A stretch of 64,000 nucleotides of DNA. Source: Spirochaetia bacterium (GTDB taxonomy: Bacteria > Spirochaetota > Spirochaetia > CADAEX01). Numbering within the stretch: position 1 is the stretch's first letter; each line of letters opens with the position of its first letter. Made by a program: the position numbers and the translations under genes. Below are positions 30,104-40,748 of the stretch, piece after piece. Location of the stretch: assembly GCA_963662795.1 (NCBI GenBank), contig OY759746.1, forward strand, positions 576,001 to 640,000, written 5' to 3'. The notes beneath the pieces are model-generated. The model ran no database searches, was not told the origin of the DNA, and was given only the letters and a program-made list of their open reading frames with translations.

Positions 30104-32560
30104 TTGTACAGAGTGAAAAAACCTGAAATCCTGTCTCCCGCGGGAGATATCATGAGCCTTAAGGCGGCTTTTGCCGCAGGTGCCGATGCGGTATATTTCG
30201 GCCTTCCCTCATTTAACGCAAGGCAGAGAGCAAAAAATATCAGAACTGAAGATCTCCCCTCAATCGTATCGGAGGCTTCACTCAGGGGAATAAAACTTTA
30301 TCTTACGCTGAATACCCTTATCACAGAAACTGAGGTCCGGGAGGTCCTTGATGTTATAGACTCTGCAATGACCGCGGGAATCAGGGCCTTTATCATACAG
30401 GATATGGGCGTTTTATATCTGCTTAAAAAGGTATATCCGCAGGCGGAGATACATATATCCACACAGGCGACAACCCACACAAAAGGGCAGATTGCTTTCC
30501 TCTCAAAATGCGGAGCCCATCGTGTAAATCTCGCGAGGGAACTTGACGCGGATGAGGTGAGAGAGATCACATCAGAAGCGCACAGGCTTGGAATGGAAAC
30601 CGAGATTTTTGTGCACGGCTCATACTGCCTGTCTTATTCAGGACAGTGCTATCTCTGTTCTTTTCTCGAGGGAACATCCGGCAACAGGGGGCTGTGCCAG
30701 CAGAACTGCAGAAGGCTTTACAGGAAAAACAGGAATACAGGATATTTCCTTAATCTTAAGGACAACAGCGCTCTTTCTTTCGCTAAGGATCTCATTGCCG
30801 CCGGAGTTGATTCGCTTAAAATTGAGGGAAGGATAAAAAGCCCCGCCTATGTTTATTCAGTGGTAAAAGCCTGGAAACATCTGATATCAGATCCTGACGA
30901 TTACAGCAAAAAGGAACTGGCAGAAGCGCTGATTGACGGAGTATTCAACCGTGATTTCACAGACAGCTATCTTGCGAATAACGTCAACAGCCGAATGTTT
31001 GCCGACCTGCCTTCCGACCGTTCCATGAAACAGTTTGCGTCTGTCCTGTCATATACCGCGGACAGTTTCACATTATGCATGGATTCAGGGATAGCCTCCC
31101 CCCTTCCCGCCGAGATTATAATAAAGGAAAACTCCGGCAGATTTATCTGCGCGGCAGTTTCAGAAGAAGAGGCTGATACACCGGCTTTTGCGGCAGAGGC
31201 GGCCGCAGGGCCGGGCAGTTTAAAAGGCATCAGATACTGTTATAAAATTAAAATCACCGGAAAACTCGAGGGAAAGATAAACAGGGGTAACGCAGTCTTT
31301 GCCCAGAGGCCGGCGCTTTCTGCGGGAGAAGCGGAAAGCAGCATTAATAATGTCGTTTTCAGAAAAATACCGGTTACAGCGAAGGTTACGGCCGAAGAGG
31401 GAAAACCGCTTCGCCTCGAACTTGAGGCAAGCGGAAAAAGAGCCTTTTATGAATCGGGGGAGACACTTTCCCCTGCCCGCAAAGCTCCGGCCGGCAGGGA
31501 GAGTTTTATTAAACAGCTTTCAAAATTCGGCAATACTCCGTTTACACTTGAAAATACATTATTTGAAAAATGGGACGATAATCTCTTTATCCCGGCGGGA
31601 GAAATCAACAATACCAGAAGAAGCTGTACAGCATCCCTTCTCGGAACAACAGGGGCGGAAGGAAAAGAGAAATTTCTTCAGGAGTATAAGGAAAACAATA
31701 AATCTCATGAAGAAACTTCTAAAATGAAAAGGGAAAGCACCCTGGCCGTCTATCTTGACAGTCTCCCTGCGGCAAATGAGCTTAAATCCATTTACGGAAA
31801 CGCTATAACAATCATGTTTGAAATTTCAGACCCGGATGTTAAAATTGATGATAGTTTTATACCTGTATTTCCGGCGGTCATGGAATGGGAAGCTGAAAAA
31901 AAGTATATGGATTATATTGAAAACAGCAGCTGTTCCCTGATAGTGCTTAACAATACATCCCTTGCAGAAACTGCCGACAGGTCCGGCAAAAAATGGATAG
32001 CCGGCAATTACCTCAACATAACAAACAGCTTTGCCCTTAAACAATTGTCCCTGGTCTCAGGATGTACTGAGGGAATTGCGTCGCTTGAGCTTTCTTCAGA
32101 GCAGACAGCCTCCCTTGCTGAAAAATCTGAAATACCGGTTTCCATGTTTATCTACTCAGCTGTAAAGCTGATGACTACAAGACAGTGTCTGCTCGGATAC
32201 AGATGCGGGAAGAAAACAAGCGATAAAAACTGTTACTACTGCTCCTGCGGAGAGGAGAACCTTGACGAAGTCAAAGGGAGAAGGCTTAAAATATATAAAA
32301 GAAGCTGGAATTACACGGAACTTTATGACAGCAGCTTTATTTCTGTTCCCGAAATGGTTCCGGGGTTCAGCGGGAAAGTGTCAAAATTCATAATTGACTT
32401 AAGGTCTTTCAGTTTTGCAGGACACTCGGCAGATACAATACCGGTTATTACTGCGGCATTTAAAGAGTATATCGAAAATCCCGACGCAAAGGGAAAAGCA
32501 AGAATCAATGAGCTTTGCATCAATATATCAAAAGGCAATATCAGGAAAGGGCTTCAGTAA
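30104..32560 (+). CDS. U32 family protein, long form (RlhA-like RNA hydroxylation protein)
   Basis: PEILSPAG, GADAVYFG, HISTQ, Cys cluster CLSYSGQC...NRGLCQQNCR, LKIEGR, long C-terminal extension. Confidence 0.85.
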   Translation: MYRVKKPEILSPAGDIMSLKAAFAAGADAVYFGLPSFNARQRAKNIRTEDLPSIVSEASLRGIKLYLTLNTLITETEVREVLDVIDSAMTAGIRAFIIQDMGVLYLLKKVYPQAEIHISTQATTHTKGQIAFLSKCGAHRVNLARELDADEVREITSEAHRLGMETEIFVHGSYCLSYSGQCYLCSFLEGTSGNRGLCQQNCRRLYRKNRNTGYFLNLKDNSALSFAKDLIAAGVDSLKIEGRIKSPAYVYSVVKAWKHLISDPDDYSKKELAEALIDGVFNRDFTDSYLANNVNSRMFADLPSDRSMKQFASVLSYTADSFTLCMDSGIASPLPAEIIIKENSGRFICAAVSEEEADTPAFAAEAAAGPGSLKGIRYCYKIKITGKLEGKINRGNAVFAQRPALSAGEAESSINNVVFRKIPVTAKVTAEEGKPLRLELEASGKRAFYESGETLSPARKAPAGRESFIKQLSKFGNTPFTLENTLFEKWDDNLFIPAGEINNTRRSCTASLLGTTGAEGKEKFLQEYKENNKSHEETSKMKRESTLAVYLDSLPAANELKSIYGNAITIMFEISDPDVKIDDSFIPVFPAVMEWEAEKKYMDYIENSSCSLIVLNNTSLAETADRSGKKWIAGNYLNITNSFALKQLSLVSGCTEGIASLELSSEQTASLAEKSEIPVSMFIYSAVKLMTTRQCLLGYRCGKKTSDKNCYYCSCGEENLDEVKGRRLKIYKRSWNYTELYDSSFISVPEMVPGFSGKVSKFIIDLRSFSFAGHSADTIPVITAAFKEYIENPDAKGKARINELCINISKGNIRKGLQ

Positions 32561-32567
32561 CTACAGG

Positions 32568-35093
32568 TCACCCCTTCCCTTTACCATTAAATATTACCGA
32601 AAGAAGTTCCTTTAATTTGGACATGCTGTACGGTTTCTGCAGTACTCCGGCAAGATTTTTGCCCGCGAACCTGGCCCCTACATCATCCTTGTTGTAGCCG
32701 CTCGCGATTATTACATTAACCTGCGGATTTATCCTTTTAAGCTCGCTGAAGGCCTGGTTGCCGTCCATATGAGGCATTGTAAGGTCAAGTATAACAAGAT
32801 CGATTTTTTCAGGATAACTTTTAAAGAGGTCAACAGCTTCCTTTCCGTCCGCCGCCGTAATCACCTTGAAGCCCAGATGCTCAAGCATGCTGGAGCCAAC
32901 CGCCCTTAGACTTTCCTCGTCATCCGCAATAAGGACAGTACCGCTGCCTTTCCACCCCGCGATATCTTTCTCGGGATCAGATTTGCCGCTCATGCTGCTG
33001 TCGGGGAGAGCCGGAAAAAGGACCTTGAATGTCGTTCCCCTGTCTTTCTCGCTGTAAACCTTGATGGCGCCTTTGTGGGCACGGACAATTCCAAGAACCG
33101 CGGCAAGGCCGAGTCCCCTTCCTGCAAATTTTGTTGTAAAAAAAGGCTCAAAAATATGCTCCAGCGTCTCCCTTTCCATACCGCAGCCTGTATCTGCGAC
33201 TTCAAAATAAACATAATATCCGGGGACAATCTCTTTAAAAAGATCTGTCCTGCTTAAATAATCAGCGTCACATTTGACTGCACCGAGCGATATTGTAATT
33301 ACTCCGCTTCTCTGGCCGATTGCATCAGAGGCGTTGATTATGAGGTTCATGATAATCTGCCTTATCTGCCCGGGGTCCGCCATAATCGGGGGAAGCCCTT
33401 TTTCAAGATCAAGGTTAAGTATCGCTTTTTTTGAAATAGATGTCTGAAGAAGATGCACCATTTCCTCGATCATTTCCCTAAGATCTACCCTCTCAAGGAA
33501 AAAAGAGGCTTTTCCTGAATATGCAAGCATCTGTCTGCATAGTTCAGCGGCCCTTCTGGCGGCAGTTTCAATTTCCTTGATACTTCTCCTTGCCGGAGAC
33601 ATGGAGGAAAGCTCGTCAAGGGCAAGCTCCGAATGCCCAAGTACTGCCATAAGGATATTATTGAAATCATGGGCAATACCGCCCGCAAGAACACCGAGGC
33701 TTTCAAGCTTCTGTGTCTGCTGTATCTGCCGCTCAAATACAATCCTGTCTTCTTCCATTTTTTTTACTTCTGTGATGTCCTGGTTAACAACAATGGCCCC
33801 GTCAACATTTCCATCATCATCAAGTACAGGCGCAGTGTGATTCAGAATTATCCTCTTTATACCGTCGAATCCTTCAATTTCCAGAATTTCATCCCTTATC
33901 GTTACACCCTCAGTTATTGTATGGTAAAGGGCCCAGTCCTCGGTTTTTATTTCTTCCCCCGACGGCAGGCGTTTAGCCCTGAAAAGGCCATAATCATCAG
34001 TTCCGACTTTTTTATCAGCGCCCCATATTTTAATCCCGGCCGGATTACCATAATTAAGCTTCCCGGTTTTATCCGCAATCCAAAGGCCCACAGGAAGTAT
34101 CTCCAGTATCTTCCCAAAAAGTTTTTCCCTTTTCCCGAGCGTCTTATCAGCCTTTTTTCTCCTGACAATCGAGTTATACGCTGCCATAATAATAAATGAC
34201 TGTAGAACAAGAATCAAAATAAATATAATAAAAAAAATCCTGGTCCTTTTTTCAAGCATTTCATTTGCGTCTGTATATTTTGTAATATTGCTTATAATGC
34301 CGAACACCTTATTGGTTTTCTGATCATATTCAGCGAATGATCTGACGGAAAGTATTGCCCCGTCTGTATTCCTTTTAATTTTAAAAACCAAGTCATAGGT
34401 TTTATTCTCTTCAATCAAATCCTTTAAGGCGCTGCCTAGCATTTCCCTGTACTCAGGAAGGGCCGTATTTCTGATATAATCCAGGTCATTATCTGAAGCG
34501 CTTAACCCGTACAGCGCCATGGCCCCATCCGATGCATAAAATATTTTTTCTTCTATATCAAAAATCCAATGACCGAACTCCGCTATATTTTCAGCCTTCC
34601 GGTGTTCCCTTTCGCTTTCAATAGTTTTGCTTTCAAGAAGATGTTTTTCAGTTATGTCATGAATTATTGAAATAAGAAGCTCTTTACCTGATGATTTTAC
34701 AGGCCAGGAATATATCTCAACATTTTTAAGCTCGCCATTTGAGATTCTATGGCTGAAAATAAAATAATTTCTGCGCTCTTCCCTGGCCGCCGTCATTTCC
34801 CTTGCTATATCGGCCTGAGGCATAATATTGATTTTGCAGATATTCATTCCCCGGAATTCATCTGCAGAATATCCGTAAAACTTCTCAGCTGCGGGATTTA
34901 CAGTCTGGATAATTCCTGTGTCCGGGTCCAGAACCATTATCGGAATCCCAATATTTGAAAAAGCCTCTTTATAGAAATTGTCGGAATCAGGGATGGAAAA
35001 AAGGAATTGAGCGGAAAAGAACAATAATAAAACCACAGCCGACTTTTTGATAATCCTTGAAACGTTGAAATACATGGTGTTATTAACGCTCAT
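32568..35093 (-). CDS. PAS-domain hybrid sensor histidine kinase with C-terminal receiver
   Basis: Three PAS/PAC-like segments, GGIAHDFNN H-box, EPFFTTK/GRGLGL, receiver DDE...LDLTMP...KP. Confidence 0.92.
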   Translation of the reverse strand: MSVNNTMYFNVSRIIKKSAVVLLLFFSAQFLFSIPDSDNFYKEAFSNIGIPIMVLDPDTGIIQTVNPAAEKFYGYSADEFRGMNICKINIMPQADIAREMTAAREERRNYFIFSHRISNGELKNVEIYSWPVKSSGKELLISIIHDITEKHLLESKTIESEREHRKAENIAEFGHWIFDIEEKIFYASDGAMALYGLSASDNDLDYIRNTALPEYREMLGSALKDLIEENKTYDLVFKIKRNTDGAILSVRSFAEYDQKTNKVFGIISNITKYTDANEMLEKRTRIFFIIFILILVLQSFIIMAAYNSIVRRKKADKTLGKREKLFGKILEILPVGLWIADKTGKLNYGNPAGIKIWGADKKVGTDDYGLFRAKRLPSGEEIKTEDWALYHTITEGVTIRDEILEIEGFDGIKRIILNHTAPVLDDDGNVDGAIVVNQDITEVKKMEEDRIVFERQIQQTQKLESLGVLAGGIAHDFNNILMAVLGHSELALDELSSMSPARRSIKEIETAARRAAELCRQMLAYSGKASFFLERVDLREMIEEMVHLLQTSISKKAILNLDLEKGLPPIMADPGQIRQIIMNLIINASDAIGQRSGVITISLGAVKCDADYLSRTDLFKEIVPGYYVYFEVADTGCGMERETLEHIFEPFFTTKFAGRGLGLAAVLGIVRAHKGAIKVYSEKDRGTTFKVLFPALPDSSMSGKSDPEKDIAGWKGSGTVLIADDEESLRAVGSSMLEHLGFKVITAADGKEAVDLFKSYPEKIDLVILDLTMPHMDGNQAFSELKRINPQVNVIIASGYNKDDVGARFAGKNLAGVLQKPYSMSKLKELLSVIFNGKGKG

Positions 35094-35235
35094 ACAATAC
35101 TCCGGATTTTTGATATTACATTGATTATAACAGAGGTTAGGGAATTTTAGTTAATAAAAAATTGCCACATTCCTGTAATATTACCGGGATGAAACGGTTT
35201 AAGGATTCTCTCTGTTAACAGCGGCGAATCAAGTA

Positions 35236-35994
35236 TTACAGCAGGCCCCTGCCGTCGTGGGCAAGATTTGAATGTGCAAGAACGTTATATCCCTGCCATG
35301 GGCTGATGCCCGGCCAGAAGCCGTTTTCATCCTGCCGTTTTTCCAGCTCTTCGACAGCGTAGATTACCCCGGGGATTGCGGCGCTTTCCTCAATTATAAG
35401 TGTTCCCCGAAGGTAATTGTACAGATCCGCCGTTTCTGTGTTTCCGCAGCGCGAAGTGATTCTTTTCCCTTCTTCTTCCGCCTTATCCCGCCACTCTTTT
35501 TCTTTGTGTTTTGTGAAAACAGCAACGCTGAAAAGCCATGCATGAAGGGGGAAATACGGGCTGCAGGCAGGCTCGAACGGCAGATCGCGGAAAGTGTCCT
35601 GAATGAGCGAGCCGCCCCTCCCTGCAGGTGCGGCTGCCGTCACTGCCGCAGGGGATGTATAAGTGAACAGGAGGTCAAGGGCATTTACTGCTCTGTCACT
35701 TGATTCCCTGACAGTAAGGTGGAGAAAGAAAAGTTCCCTTGCAAGCGTGTAAAGGGCAGCCTGCCTGTTCCCGGCTAGCCCCTGCTCAAGGATACTAAAG
35801 AGAGTTTCGATCCTTTTAAAACTGCCCTCCGCAAAGTTAAGCGCCCTTCTTCGCCAATCAGGTGACTGACGCTGTTGTTTCCATTTCCCATCCGCATATA
35901 TCCTGTAGGGGCTTTCAGCCTGCCATTCGTAAAAGCGGGGATCTTTAATACTTTTCATATTACTGTCATAGTAAATATATTTACCTTCAATCAT
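35236..35994 (-). CDS. Hypothetical protein with one QW-like motif (RQDENGFW), possibly truncated
   Basis: 252-aa ORF; no family recognised apart from a prenyltransferase/squalene-cyclase-like QxxxGxW near the C-terminus. Confidence 0.5.
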   Translation of the reverse strand: MIEGKYIYYDSNMKSIKDPRFYEWQAESPYRIYADGKWKQQRQSPDWRRRALNFAEGSFKRIETLFSILEQGLAGNRQAALYTLARELFFLHLTVRESSDRAVNALDLLFTYTSPAAVTAAAPAGRGGSLIQDTFRDLPFEPACSPYFPLHAWLFSVAVFTKHKEKEWRDKAEEEGKRITSRCGNTETADLYNYLRGTLIIEESAAIPGVIYAVEELEKRQDENGFWPGISPWQGYNVLAHSNLAHDGRGLL

Positions 35995-36089
35995 GATTAT
36001 AATGCTTCAGCTATCTGCATTCAAGATTTTAAAAAAATACAATTCTTGGTAGACAAAACAGATCAGGATATGTTAACGTTTTTTTCATC

Positions 36090-36734
36090 ATGCTCATTCA
36101 GAAAAGATTTTTTCTTTCTTTTTTATTGTTTTTTAGTTTAACTGCTTCCATATTCGCACACCCCCACACGTTCATTGATTCAGTTATTGAATGTGAATTC
36201 AATGAATCAGGAATATCAGGCTTCTGGATTAACTGGAGTTTTGATTCCATGTTTGCAACCTCAATAATTATGGATTTCGACCGGGACAGAAACGGTTCTT
36301 TTTCAGAGTCAGAAATCGAGGATGTAAGGGAAAATGCCTTTTCAAATCTTGAAAATTTTAATTATTTTATTTATATAACAGAAAACAGAAAAACAAGACG
36401 TCCAATTACAGTAACAAATTTTTCAGCTTCCATAGTTGAAAAAGATATTTTTTACAGATTTTTTGTACCTTATAACTCAATTTCTAAAGAAAATCAAAAC
36501 AGCGTAATCATTGCAATATATGATGACACCTTTTTCTGTGATATTTCAATAAAATCGGCAAAAGCAATTCCTGAGAATATTTCAAATGTTTTTAACATTG
36601 AAACAGAAATAAGAATAAATGAAGAAAAAACAATAAGATATGATAACGCTTATCAGTCAATAACAAGAGACGGAGCCTCATATACAGGGTTTGTCAATCC
36701 ACAGGAACTTGTAATCAGGTTCTCATTAAAATGA
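36090..36734 (+). CDS. DUF1007 family exported protein (ZevA-like)
   Basis: Signal peptide followed by AHPHTFID; WSFD; YDDTFF. Confidence 0.85.
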   Translation: MLIQKRFFLSFLLFFSLTASIFAHPHTFIDSVIECEFNESGISGFWINWSFDSMFATSIIMDFDRDRNGSFSESEIEDVRENAFSNLENFNYFIYITENRKTRRPITVTNFSASIVEKDIFYRFFVPYNSISKENQNSVIIAIYDDTFFCDISIKSAKAIPENISNVFNIETEIRINEEKTIRYDNAYQSITRDGASYTGFVNPQELVIRFSLK

Positions 36735-37642
36735 CAAACCGTATAATATTTTTATGTATTATTATATCTCTTTTCATCCCGGGCAGTATTCTTTATTCGC
36801 AGGCCAACAGCTCCAATCCATTTTACAGCGGCACAAAACAAAACCAGTTGACAAAAAAAATACCAGCTGAAAATAATGGTTTTATTCAGAAAATCTCGGC
36901 AATCCAGAAGAATATAAACAAAAAAACATCTGATATCATAAACAGCTACAGGGATAATAAAAGCGGGAATCTTCTTTTATATATTGCCGGAATATCACTT
37001 ATTTATGGCTTTATACATGCCATGACACCGGGACACGGTAAAAGCATCATACTTGGATGGATACTTGCATCACAAAGAACATTTACAAAAGTTCTTTTCA
37101 CATCTGTCTTTGGAATGCTTTTACATGTTTTTAATTCTGTAATCATGGTTTATGTAATCTGGTATTTTATCAAAGGGAAAATCAGTGTCCAGTCTCCGCT
37201 GTTTATAAAATATTTCTCGTTCGCTGCATGCGCTGTTTTAATAATATTGGGATTAGGGGAAATGAAAAATATTCTTACCAGGCATCATAATTCTCACTCA
37301 CACGAGCTTGAATCCATAAACAGTACTACATCGGTAAAAGAATGCCTCATGATCTCTGCCGGAATCGGAATAGTTCCATGCCCTGTTGCATCCATCCTTA
37401 CAGTATTTATGATATCAGCCGGACTATATGCGGAGAGCCTGCTTACAGCCCTTTTTTTCGCATCCGGCATGACATTAACACTTATAATCTACACCTCCAT
37501 AATATGGACGTTAAGATCATATATTACAGGTATAAAAAACATTCACTTTAAAAAAGCAGGAGAGATATTACTGCCGGTTACAGGAAGTTTCTTGCTTATA
37601 ATGTCAGGAATATTTATAATTTTACCTTATGTAAATTTTTAA
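36731..37642 (+). CDS. NiCoT/RcnA-like metal transporter (ZevB-like)
   Basis: YGFIHAMTPGHGK, His-rich loop HHNSHSH, GIVPCP. ATGA overlap with the DUF1007 gene. Confidence 0.85.
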   Translation: MTNRIIFLCIIISLFIPGSILYSQANSSNPFYSGTKQNQLTKKIPAENNGFIQKISAIQKNINKKTSDIINSYRDNKSGNLLLYIAGISLIYGFIHAMTPGHGKSIILGWILASQRTFTKVLFTSVFGMLLHVFNSVIMVYVIWYFIKGKISVQSPLFIKYFSFAACAVLIILGLGEMKNILTRHHNSHSHELESINSTTSVKECLMISAGIGIVPCPVASILTVFMISAGLYAESLLTALFFASGMTLTLIIYTSIIWTLRSYITGIKNIHFKKAGEILLPVTGSFLLIMSGIFIILPYVNF

Positions 37643-37659
37643 AAATTACACTTTGAAAT

Positions 37660-37686
37660 ACGGCAGGAGCACTTAACCCCTGCCGT
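37660..37686. terminator. Hairpin between the convergent metal transporter and feoB genes
   Basis: acggcagg-N11-cctgccgt. Confidence 0.5.
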
Positions 37687-37692
37687 TAACTA

Positions 37693-40005
37693 CTATGCCA
37701 TTTTCCTTACAAGCTTATCGTCCCTGCCAAGGATTTTAAAAAACAATACTGTAAGTACCAGGAAGAGGATCCCTGCAGCAATCCATAACAAGCTGTGACC
37801 CAGTGTAATCTGATAGAAAAGTACTGCTACAATCCACGCAAGAAACGTCAGATAGGAGGTTATAAGTATCCCGAAAAATTTCCCTGCTTCCTTTATGAGA
37901 GCTCCGAAAGCTGCAAGACACGGAAAATATATCAGCACAAACAATAGATAGGCAAAAGCCTGCAATGGCCCTTCTGTAAAGTATTTCCCCATTACGCCGA
38001 ATGTATCAGATGTTGAACCAATCTCTTCCGCAAGCGCATCGTTATCAGTTTCTTCAAGAAGAGATGTGCCCAAGGGATCGCTTAGACCTCCTCCTGCTCC
38101 GGCAAGCGCTTCAGGAATTGAGGCAAATGCTTCTGTCACGCCGCCAAAGAAATCGAATGAATCATCTTCACCATCATTTTTTCCTGAAATCTCTTCAACT
38201 GAAGATGACTCAATCTGGGAGTATAGCGCATCAAGAGTTCCGACTACCGCCTCCTTTGCAAAAAGCCCTGTAAAAAGACCTACTACTGCCGGCCAGTTTT
38301 CTTCTTCCACACCCATTGGCCGAAACACAGGACTCAATGTTTTTCCGATTCTTGAAAGAACAGAGTTATCCGAATCCTCATTGCCGAATGACCCGTCAAG
38401 TCCTAAAGAGTTTAAAAAAGCAAGGACAAGAACTGCTATTATGATGACCTTACCGGCCCTTATCATAAAGTGTTTAAGCCTCATCCATGTGTGGATCATT
38501 ATATGATTAAATTTCGGAGCATGATATGGAGGAAGCTCCATGATAAAATAGGAAGCTTCGCCTTTAAAAAGTGTATTTTTGAGCATCAGCCCTGTAAGAA
38601 CAGCAAGAACAATACCTGAAAGATAAAGAAGAAAAACCATTGTACCGCGGGAATCAGGGAAAAACACTGCAGCAAAAAGAGCATATACAGGAAGCCTTGC
38701 TCCGCAGGACATAAAAGGAGCCATAAAAAGAGTCATAAGCCTGTCGCGCCTGTTTTCTATAGTTCTTGTTCCCATTATTGCGGGAACTGTACATCCAAAT
38801 CCTACAAGCATTGGTATAAAAGCTTTACCGGGAAGACCGATTGCCCTCATAAGACGGTCCATTACAAACGCTGCCCTTGCCATGTACCCGGACACCTCAA
38901 GTATAGACAGACACAGGAACATCATAAATACAATCGGAACAAATGTAGCAACAGTCTGCAAACCTGCGCCTACTCCTCCGGCAACAATGGATATAATCCA
39001 TTCAGGGGATCCGGCTGCAGCAAGAAGATGGGCAACACCGTCTACAAATATCGTGCCGAACAGGATATCAAAAAAATCAATAAATGCACCGCCGACTGTG
39101 TTGGTCAGCCAGAAAACCATATAAAGAGCAAACAGAAAAACCGGAATACCAAGAAACCTGTTAAGGACAATACTGTCAATTACTTCTGTAACTTTTACTT
39201 TAATATCCGATCTTTTTACAATATCTCCCAGAATCCCCTTGATATAACCGTATCTGTAATCTGCAATAACAATATCGGCAGAATCTCCGAGAATCTTTTT
39301 CAGGTATTCTTTTTTTTCAGTAATTTCATCCTGTGTCAGCTCAGTTTTAGCGACAATTTCTTCAGTTATTAATTTATCATTTTCAAGTATTTTTATTGCT
39401 GTCCATCTGACAGATTCATTCTGGACATTTTTTATTTTCTTTTGCCAATTATTTATTACATCTTCCAGTTCATTAGGGTATTCAACAGCTTGACCGGTAG
39501 GCGAAGACGAAGAAAAATAATTATATAAAGAGTTTTTTACTCTTTCAACATCGTTTTTATTTACTGCAGAAATTGACTCTACAGGAACTCCCATTTTTTT
39601 TGAGAGTTTCTCTGTATCGATGCGGATTCCGTTTTTTGCCGCAATATCAAGCATATTAACCACAACAAAAACAGGCACACCCATCTCAATAAGCTGGGTT
39701 GTAAGATAGAGGTTTCTCTCAAGATTATTGCCATCTACTATATTGATAATAAACTGAGCTTCTCCGCTGAGAATGTATTCACGCGCTGCTTTTTCATCTT
39801 CAGATGATGCATAAAAAGAATAAATACCGGGAAGATCGACTATGGTAACCTTTTCTTCAGGATATGAAATTACGCCTTCAAATTTTTCAACCGTAACGCC
39901 GGGCCAGTTGCCTGTTCTTACATGACCGTTTGTAAGGCCGTTGAACAGGGTAGTCTTTCCGCAGTTGGGATTACCGGCTATAGCAATTATTTTTTTATCA
40001 CTCAT
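37693..40005 (-). CDS. feoB: Ferrous iron transporter B
   Basis: GNPNCGKT, GNWPGVTVE, DLPGIYS, GFGCTVPA, MSCGARLP, MELPPY, AKEAVV. Confidence 0.97.
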   Translation of the reverse strand: MSDKKIIAIAGNPNCGKTTLFNGLTNGHVRTGNWPGVTVEKFEGVISYPEEKVTIVDLPGIYSFYASSEDEKAAREYILSGEAQFIINIVDGNNLERNLYLTTQLIEMGVPVFVVVNMLDIAAKNGIRIDTEKLSKKMGVPVESISAVNKNDVERVKNSLYNYFSSSSPTGQAVEYPNELEDVINNWQKKIKNVQNESVRWTAIKILENDKLITEEIVAKTELTQDEITEKKEYLKKILGDSADIVIADYRYGYIKGILGDIVKRSDIKVKVTEVIDSIVLNRFLGIPVFLFALYMVFWLTNTVGGAFIDFFDILFGTIFVDGVAHLLAAAGSPEWIISIVAGGVGAGLQTVATFVPIVFMMFLCLSILEVSGYMARAAFVMDRLMRAIGLPGKAFIPMLVGFGCTVPAIMGTRTIENRRDRLMTLFMAPFMSCGARLPVYALFAAVFFPDSRGTMVFLLYLSGIVLAVLTGLMLKNTLFKGEASYFIMELPPYHAPKFNHIMIHTWMRLKHFMIRAGKVIIIAVLVLAFLNSLGLDGSFGNEDSDNSVLSRIGKTLSPVFRPMGVEEENWPAVVGLFTGLFAKEAVVGTLDALYSQIESSSVEEISGKNDGEDDSFDFFGGVTEAFASIPEALAGAGGGLSDPLGTSLLEETDNDALAEEIGSTSDTFGVMGKYFTEGPLQAFAYLLFVLIYFPCLAAFGALIKEAGKFFGILITSYLTFLAWIVAVLFYQITLGHSLLWIAAGILFLVLTVLFFKILGRDDKLVRKMA

Positions 40006-40009
40006 AATT

Positions 40010-40240
40010 TTAAAGCCTCCTCAAGTTTATGATTTCAGCTTCTTCTTTTCTGAGTGTAAGCTTATAACCCCTGACTTCAATTTCCACAGGATCGCCGAGC
40101 GGTGCTTTTTTTGTAACTGTAATTTCTGCATCTTTTGAAATACCCATAGAGAGTATTTTATTTCTATAATCCTCATTGCCATTTTCAAATCCGGTGACGA
40201 CAGCTTTGTCCCCGACTTTCATGTTTTTGATTCTATCCAT
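40010..40240 (-). CDS. feoA: Ferrous iron transport protein A
   Basis: LSMG...APLGDPVEIEVRGYKLTLRKEEA; GGAGG RBS. Confidence 0.93.
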   Translation of the reverse strand: MDRIKNMKVGDKAVVTGFENGNEDYRNKILSMGISKDAEITVTKKAPLGDPVEIEVRGYKLTLRKEEAEIINLRRL

Positions 40241-40260
40241 AAAAAGAAAACCTCCATATC

Positions 40261-40551
40261 TTATTCTGCAGTAACATAAATCTGCTCTGCAGTATTTGAA
40301 TCCATCATAATTTTATTGTCTCCGGTTGAAATCAGGCACGGATGATTTTTCCTTCCGCATATCAGTGTTAGCGATATTCCAGGGAAAACACCCTGCTCAA
40401 TCATCTTTATTCTGAAATTTTCATCACCAAGAATTTGACGGACAATCAGCTTTCTTCCGCATGCAGCTTCAGGTAAAAGGCAACTCCTACACCGCGAATG
40501 TCTTTTTCTTCCATGTCTTAACCTCATATACCCGCCTTTAAAAATGTTCAT
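40261..40551 (-). CDS. feoA: Second FeoA-domain protein (alternative start 40527)
   Basis: MIEQGVFPG...AEQIYV, FeoA-like; first gene of the feo operon. Confidence 0.75.
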   Translation of the reverse strand: MNIFKGGYMRLRHGRKRHSRCRSCLLPEAACGRKLIVRQILGDENFRIKMIEQGVFPGISLTLICGRKNHPCLISTGDNKIMMDSNTAEQIYVTAE

Positions 40552-40578
40552 TCATAATATTTGTTGTTTCTAATTTAC

Positions 40579-40592
40579 TTAGACATGCCTAA
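40579..40592. promoter_or_regulatory. DtxR/TroR/SloR-family-like operator upstream of feoAAB
   Basis: Palindrome TTAG-ACATGC-CTAA directly upstream of the feo operon. Confidence 0.6.
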
Positions 40593-40748
40593 TTTTTAAC
40601 ATGGAAGAATCATTCTGTCAATATTTTTTTAATATTTTACAGGGAATTACAGAAAAGCATTATGAAATAAAGGGATTAGAGGTTTAAGGGCATCTTAAAA
40701 AATGAAATTACCGGGGAAAACCCGGTTATTAATAATGTTTTACGGATT

